A stretch of DNA of 61,563 nucleotides from a candidate division WS1 bacterium (GTDB lineage: Bacteria; Armatimonadota; Zipacnadia; Zipacnadales; UBA11051). The notes below the pieces were generated by a model, which was not told the DNA's origin, searched no databases, and saw only the letters and a list, made by a program, of their open reading frames with translations. The stretch covers positions 1-61,563 of the forward strand of contig JAAYSP010000175.1 of the NCBI GenBank assembly GCA_012518355.1, in the 5' to 3' direction. This document shows positions 56,514 through 61,563 of this stretch, piece by piece. Position 1 is the stretch's first letter; every line of letters starts with the position of its first letter. Made by a program: the position numbers and the translations under genes.

Positions 56514-57995
56514 ATGAACAGCGAAATGAAGATCGGATGGGCCAGTCGTGACATCACTCCCTCAGGTGCAGTTTTTCTGCGGGGACAGTTCAGACTCAGG
56601 GTCGCAACCAGTGTACACGATCCGTTGACCGTCACAGCGTTAGCACTGGAAAGCGCGGGTGAGCAGGTAGTCTTCGTATCCATGGACCTTTGCGGCGTGG
56701 ATGAAGCAGTTCTCGAAGGCAGTCGTGAGGCTTTGCGCGAACAGCTGCCGGGTTTTGACCCTCTTAAGCTGATTATCGGTGCGACGCACACCCACACTGC
56801 TCCGTTCGCGGGCGGTGCAGGCTTGCAGAAGGACGAAGACTATATCGATGCTCTCCGTGCTCGGTATCCTGACTACGTGAGTATCGGTGAGTACACGCAG
56901 ATGGTGATCGGCGCAGTGGTCGCTGCCGTATCTGAGGCCTGGGAAAACCGTCGCGAAGGGTTTGTGGCGTGGGGCTACTCGTATGCTGTGGTGGGAGAGA
57001 ACCGGCGGGTACGATACTTTGACGACCGCGCGGTCATGTATGGCAGCGTTGCTGAACCCGACTTTTCTCATATCGAGGGTCATGTAGATCACGGCGTAAA
57101 TCTGCTGTTCACATATGACGCAGATCGAAAGCTGACAGGTATGGTCGTCAACGTGGCCAGCCCTTCGCAGGCCAGTGAGGGCGGTCAGGACTTCATATCG
57201 GCTGACTACTGGCATGATACTCGGAAGGAAATCCAACGTCGCTGTGGCGAGGATCTGTTCATATTGCCTCAGTGTTCCGCTGCCGGAGATCAGACGCCAC
57301 ACCGGCTCATCCAGGCGGAAGCCGAAGAGCGGATGCTGAAGCTCAAGTATGGTGAAGGCCGTAACACTGCGCGGAATTTCGCCCTGCGCCGCGACATCGC
57401 ACGCCGGATAGCGGATGCAGTGCAGGATGCCGAGCCCCCCGTGCGACAGGAGCAGCATGGCGAGGTACCGCTGATGGTAGAGCACCGCGACCTGGATCTG
57501 CCGCACTGGAACATAACCGATGAAGAGTACGCGGCTTTGCAGGAAGAGATGGCGGAACTGCGCGAACGCTTGGAAAGCATGGCTGATGCCGATCCACTGG
57601 ACTACACCTACACCGCAACGCACTCACGACTTGCCTGGTGCCAGCGTGCGGTGGACCGCTATCTGAAGCCGCTGGAAAGCGTACCGATAGAGATGAGCGT
57701 AGTGCGACTGGGTGACATCGCTTTCGTGACCGCCCCGTTCGAATACTATCTCGATTTTGGGGACCGCATCAAGGGACGCAGTGATGCCCTGCAGACGTTC
57801 GTAATCCAGCTAGCAGGCAGTCACCGCTCCGATGCTCCCAGTAGTTCAGGTGGGGGTTACTTGCCGACTGAGCGCGCCGCCAGAGGGCTGAGCTACGGTG
57901 CCATTCCGCCTAGCTGCCGAGTGTCACCGGAGGGTGGTCAGGTAATCGTAGACGAAGCGGTGGCGACTATACACAGGATGTTTGCTGAAGAGTAG
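56514..57995 (+). CDS. Ceramidase-like hydrolase (long form A), no signal peptide
   Basis: GAAGGAG lies upstream of MNSEMKIGWASRDITPSGAVFLRGQFRLRVATSVHDPLTVTALALES...SMDLCG...GATHTHTAP. The ORF opens at 56376. Confidence 0.7.
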   Translation: MNSEMKIGWASRDITPSGAVFLRGQFRLRVATSVHDPLTVTALALESAGEQVVFVSMDLCGVDEAVLEGSREALREQLPGFDPLKLIIGATHTHTAPFAGGAGLQKDEDYIDALRARYPDYVSIGEYTQMVIGAVVAAVSEAWENRREGFVAWGYSYAVVGENRRVRYFDDRAVMYGSVAEPDFSHIEGHVDHGVNLLFTYDADRKLTGMVVNVASPSQASEGGQDFISADYWHDTRKEIQRRCGEDLFILPQCSAAGDQTPHRLIQAEAEERMLKLKYGEGRNTARNFALRRDIARRIADAVQDAEPPVRQEQHGEVPLMVEHRDLDLPHWNITDEEYAALQEEMAELRERLESMADADPLDYTYTATHSRLAWCQRAVDRYLKPLESVPIEMSVVRLGDIAFVTAPFEYYLDFGDRIKGRSDALQTFVIQLAGSHRSDAPSSSGGGYLPTERAARGLSYGAIPPSCRVSPEGGQVIVDEAVATIHRMFAEE

Positions 57996-58265
57996 CCGCC
58001 AAAAGCAAAGCCGACAGCGTGCTGTGGCAGTGACAACCTGGCACGCTGTTGGTACGCAGCCGTCCGCGTCAGACATGCACCTGTTTGAAAAATTGTGTGG
58101 TGATGAGCCACAAATAAGTGGCCTGCTGGCCTTCAGTTGCCTGTCTTCTCATGGCGAAGTGCCTATGGCGACAGTCTCGTCGATCAGATTGTGGATCTGC
58201 GCCGTGGTCGCTGCAGAAAGAGGAACTGCCGATTAGTGCGCATTGCAGCACCGAAGGAGTCCGAG

Positions 58266-59750
58266 ATGAGCGAGAAAGTGAAGATAGGATGGGCCAGTTG
58301 TGACATCACTCCCTCCGGAGCTGTGTCTCTTCTGGGGCAGTTCAGACTCAGGATCGCTACCCGCGTCAACGATCCGCTGACCGTCACTGCTCTGGCTCTG
58401 GAGAGCGCCGGCAACCAGGCGGTTCTTGTCTCGATGGACCTGTGCATAGTGTACGAAGAGGTCGTCGCAGGCAGTCGCAACGCTTTACGTGAACGGCTGC
58501 CTGACCTCGACCCACTGAAGGTGATGCTGAACACCACTCACACTCACAGTGCGCCACACGCCGGTGGTCGAGGCCTGCAGAACGAGGAAGACTATATCGA
58601 GGCAATTCGTATCCGCTATCCTGACTATACCAGCGTCGCTGAGTACACTCAGATGGTGATCGAGGCAGTAGTTTCCGCGGTCTGCGAGGCGTGGGAAAAT
58701 CGCCGCGAGGGCTTCGTCGCCTGGGGCTACTCGTATGCAGTGGTGGGGGAGAACCGCCGAGTGCGCTACTTCGATGACAGTGCGCGTATGTACGGCAGTG
58801 TGGCTGAGCCGGGTTTCTCTCACATCGAGGGGCACGTAGATCACGGCGTGAATCTCCTGTTCACATATGATGCCGCAAGGCAGTTGACAGGTATGGTCAT
58901 CAACCTGGCCAGCCCCTCGCAGGCCAGCGAAGGCTGCGAAGACTACGTATCTGCCGACTTCTGGCATGATACTCGCCTGGAGATTCGGCGCAGATGCGGA
59001 GATGGTCTGTATATCCTGCCACAGTGCTCGGCCGCCGGCGACCAGTCGCCACACCGCCTGCTTCAGGCCAAGGCCGAGGAGCGGATGCTGCAACTCAAGT
59101 ATGGTGGTGGCAGTCGCAGCAGGCAAGAGAATTTTGGTCTGCGGCGCGACATCGCTCGCCGGATAGCCGATGCAGTGCAGGATGCCGAACCGCCCGTGCG
59201 GCAGGAGCTGCATGATCAGGTGCCGCTGATGGTCGAGCGACACGAGTTGGATCTGCCGCACTGGAACGTGACCGATGAGGAGCATGCGGCTCTGCAGGAA
59301 GAAATGGCGGAGCTGAGGACGAGATTGGCTGGTATGGCCAACGTCGATCCTCTTGACAGCGACTTGACGGCTGCCCATTCACGGTTGGCCTGGTGTCAGC
59401 GAGCAGTGGACCGCTATCTGAAGCTGCTGGAAAGCGTACCGATAGAGATGAACGTAGTACGGCTGGGCGACATCGCTTTCGTGACGGTGCCGTTCGAGTA
59501 CTACCTCGATTTCGCGGATCGCATCAAGGGCCGCAGTGAAGCTTTGCAGACCTTCGTGGTCCAGCTTGCAGGCACTCACCTTGGCGACGCTCCGAAGGGC
59601 GCAGGTGGAGGCTACTTGCCGACTGAGCGTGCGGCAATAGGGTTGAGCTATGGTGCTATACCGCCCAGTTGCCTGGTGCCACCCGAGGGTGGGCAGCTAA
59701 TCGTAGACGAAGCGGTAGCAGCCATCAAGAGGATGTTCGCGGGAGGCTAA
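58266..59750 (+). CDS. Ceramidase-like hydrolase (long form B), tandem paralog of 56514..57995
   Basis: GAAGGAG lies upstream of MSEKVKIGWASCDITPSGAVSLLGQFRLRIATRVNDPLTVTALALES...NTTHTHSAPHAGG. It is collinear with form A and most residues are identical by eye. Confidence 0.7.
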   Translation: MSEKVKIGWASCDITPSGAVSLLGQFRLRIATRVNDPLTVTALALESAGNQAVLVSMDLCIVYEEVVAGSRNALRERLPDLDPLKVMLNTTHTHSAPHAGGRGLQNEEDYIEAIRIRYPDYTSVAEYTQMVIEAVVSAVCEAWENRREGFVAWGYSYAVVGENRRVRYFDDSARMYGSVAEPGFSHIEGHVDHGVNLLFTYDAARQLTGMVINLASPSQASEGCEDYVSADFWHDTRLEIRRRCGDGLYILPQCSAAGDQSPHRLLQAKAEERMLQLKYGGGSRSRQENFGLRRDIARRIADAVQDAEPPVRQELHDQVPLMVERHELDLPHWNVTDEEHAALQEEMAELRTRLAGMANVDPLDSDLTAAHSRLAWCQRAVDRYLKLLESVPIEMNVVRLGDIAFVTVPFEYYLDFADRIKGRSEALQTFVVQLAGTHLGDAPKGAGGGYLPTERAAIGLSYGAIPPSCLVPPEGGQLIVDEAVAAIKRMFAGG

Positions 59751-60027
59751 CCGACGGGGCCGATGGCGTGTATCGCGCCACATAGACGGACGACACCAGT
59801 ATGGCGTGCTGTCGCTGCTGTTTGCTTGCTGGCCACCATCCGCAGCCGCCTGTAGTGCGCCCATGAGGTTCTTTTCCCCCACCACGGGGGATAGCAAGCC
59901 TCAGACTGGCCTGCTATGGCATGCCTGACAGCAAAAGCATGCCACAAACAGGGATGTCGCTGGCGATCTGTGCAGCCTGATGGCCCCACAGGCTGCCCCA
60001 GCGTCCAGCGTTATGCCGGGTGAGCGC

Positions 60028-61098
60028 TCACCACAGATTGCGTCGGAAGTGGCACCCTCCGGCTCTGCCGCGGCGTTTAAAGTAGTCCTGGTGATAGTCT
60101 TCGGCGGGCCAGAATTTGCCTGCCTCGGTGACATGAGTGACTACATTTAGGCCGCGCTCCTTCAGCTCCGCTATGAGGCTTTTGGCTGTCTGCTGCTGCG
60201 CTTCGTCAGTATAGAAGATCTCCGAACGGTACTGAGTACCGATATCGGGTCCCTGGCCGTCAGCTTGCGTGGGATCGTGGATTTCGAAGAAAAGTCTGGC
60301 CAGTTGCTCGAACGATACACGCAGCGGATCGTACATCACTTCCACCGCCTCGGCATGGCCGGTGGTGCCACGGCATACCTGCTCGTACGAGGGATTTTCA
60401 CTGCTGCCACCTATGTAGCCGACTGTAGTCTCCAGGACGCCTGGCTGCTGCTGCAGCAGATGCTCGACACCCCAGAAACAGCCGCCTGCGAAGATGGCTC
60501 TTCCGTACTGCACCTGGTCGTGAGGGGTGAAGCTGAGTGAGAGTGAGTTGACGCAGTGGCGTTCGTTTTTCGGGGTCAGTTTCTCGCCGGTGAACACGTG
60601 CCCCAGGTGGCCGCCACAGTTGGCGCAGGTGATTTCGGTGCGCCTGCCATCGGCATCAGGCGTCCGGTTGACTGCACCGGATATCTCGTCATCGAAGGCG
60701 GGCCAGCCGCAGTGGGCCTGGAACTTGTCTCGCGATCGGTACAGCATCGCCCCGCAGCGGCGGCAGCAGTAGACACCTGTCTCGAAGTGTCTGTCGTACT
60801 CGCCACTGAACGGTGGTTCGGTGCCTTTGTGGACGATGATCCGTTCTTCTTCCGGTGTGAGTCTTCGGTAAGTATGCTCTTGCGCTGGTCGGTCCATGTG
60901 AGGATCTGCCTCCTGCTGTCCAGGATCGAGTTGGCAGGTCGCGAGCTGCTGGTCTGCCATGCGCTCAGTGGCCTCTGTGTCACTGTGGGCAATCTGGCCA
61001 GATCGGTGCGCGGTTGTACTTAGCCAGGCAGCCAAAACCGCAGCAATCGCTATGTATACAAGCCATCGCATGTAGCGGGGCATCCGGGCTTTGTCCAC
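60028..61098 (-). CDS. msrBA: Membrane-anchored bifunctional methionine sulfoxide reductase (MsrB domain followed by MsrA domain)
   Basis: N-terminal TM WLVYIAIAAVLAAWL. MsrB: GTEPPFSGEYD...CRRCGAMLY...CGWPAF...CANCGGHLGHVF. MsrA: AIFAGGCFWGVEHLL...GYIGG...NPSYEQVC.G.TGHAEAV. Confidence 0.9.
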   Translation of the reverse strand: MDKARMPRYMRWLVYIAIAAVLAAWLSTTAHRSGQIAHSDTEATERMADQQLATCQLDPGQQEADPHMDRPAQEHTYRRLTPEEERIIVHKGTEPPFSGEYDRHFETGVYCCRRCGAMLYRSRDKFQAHCGWPAFDDEISGAVNRTPDADGRRTEITCANCGGHLGHVFTGEKLTPKNERHCVNSLSLSFTPHDQVQYGRAIFAGGCFWGVEHLLQQQPGVLETTVGYIGGSSENPSYEQVCRGTTGHAEAVEVMYDPLRVSFEQLARLFFEIHDPTQADGQGPDIGTQYRSEIFYTDEAQQQTAKSLIAELKERGLNVVTHVTEAGKFWPAEDYHQDYFKRRGRAGGCHFRRNLW

Positions 61099-61269
61099 AG
61101 TCCCTATCCCTGTTGCGCGCTGTCAGAGTCACATGAGTGGTCACGCTTTGGCGTGCCTCCAGGCCATGATCACTCTGTATCCGTTGACTCAATCAACAAC
61201 GGGTGACCGGCAACAGTTCCGCACTGCCAGCAAGTGCGTCTCCTGCGCCTAAGGCAACTGAAGCCGCTT

Positions 61270-61563
61270 TTACCCTTCCTGCGAGAGGGCAGTGGCACAC
61301 GGAATGCGGAACAGATTGGCGTCCTCGAAACTGCGAGCCGGGTGGTACATTTCTGAAGTGCTCTCGCCGTCGATCACCAGCCCCGGGTCATCGGCAAGTA
61401 TGACCACCGTATTGCCATCATCGAGCTCTACGCGATCTATCTCGAAGCCGCGTGCGTTGATGCCGCACCATGGGTCACGAGCATCCACAGGCCCTCGAGA
61501 CTGCCATCGTCCGATTACGAGTGAGCAGTCTATGATCGCCTCTACCCTTCCTGCGAGAGGGTA
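61270..61563 (-). CDS. Hypothetical protein, C-terminal part (frame open to window end)
   Basis: Own translation: the minus frame stays open from 61563 as YPLAGRVEAIIDCSLVIGRWQSRGPVDARDPWCGINARGFEIDRVELDDGNTVVILADDPGLVIDG...LFRIPCATALSQEG-stop. The track lists only the GTG-initiated 72 aa. I recognise no family. Confidence 0.35.
   Translation of the reverse strand, partial: YPLAGRVEAIIDCSLVIGRWQSRGPVDARDPWCGINARGFEIDRVELDDGNTVVILADDPGLVIDGESTSEMYHPARSFEDANLFRIPCATALSQEG

Noticed and set aside
1-61563. tRNA, rRNA, tmRNA, RNase P and SRP RNA genes
   Set aside because: I scanned the intergenic regions by eye for T-loop (GGTTCGAATCC-like), RNase P (GGAAAGTCCGG) and SRP (GGTCCGGAAGGAAGCAGCC) cores and found none. 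This is a manual scan only. Infernal or tRNAscan would be decisive.

Overview
GC-rich bacterial chromosomal window. I found no rRNA, tRNA, CRISPR array, transposase, integrase or reverse transcriptase by eye. Positions 1-35 kb are mostly housekeeping. They hold a partial TrpB2-type gene, the t6A operon tsaE-tsaB-rimI-tsaD, an aromatic/histidine block hisC-DAHP synthase-tyrA, hisG, a LysE exporter, thrB and alr. They also hold a class-III aminotransferase, an M20 peptidase, a Gfo/Idh/MocA oxidoreductase, a solitary SPPY-type DNA methyltransferase, and a five-gene Zn-ribbon/TPR/DUF2905/HTH/pseudo-receiver cluster. A 1.4k-aa secreted heparinase II/III-like + discoidin + FG-GAP protein sits near the start of the window. 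Positions 36-60 kb are an accessory, duplication-rich locus and the best candidate for an undescribed system. It contains four neutral-ceramidase-like hydrolases without signal peptides, four tandem secreted propeller-like paralogs, a heparinase II/III-like protein carrying a Cys4 insertion, an enolase-superfamily enzyme, a CxxCxxxCC Cys-rich protein, a lipoprotein and a membrane protein. No transporter or regulator is visible in that locus. A recurring theme across the window is tandem duplication anchored at gene ends. Examples are a 51-bp x2 repeat at the rimI 5' end, 187-bp x2 at the methyltransferase 3' end, about 275-bp x3 across a gene junction (making chimeric small ORFs), and a 3' remnant of a ceramidase-like gene. 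Larger cases are a 2.29-kb x3 gene array and a 1.75-kb x2 gene pair. An 8-mer x15 array sits directly next to a 7-mer x15 array. All function calls come from motif recognition in the supplied translations. No database search was run, and all identity statements are by-eye estimates.
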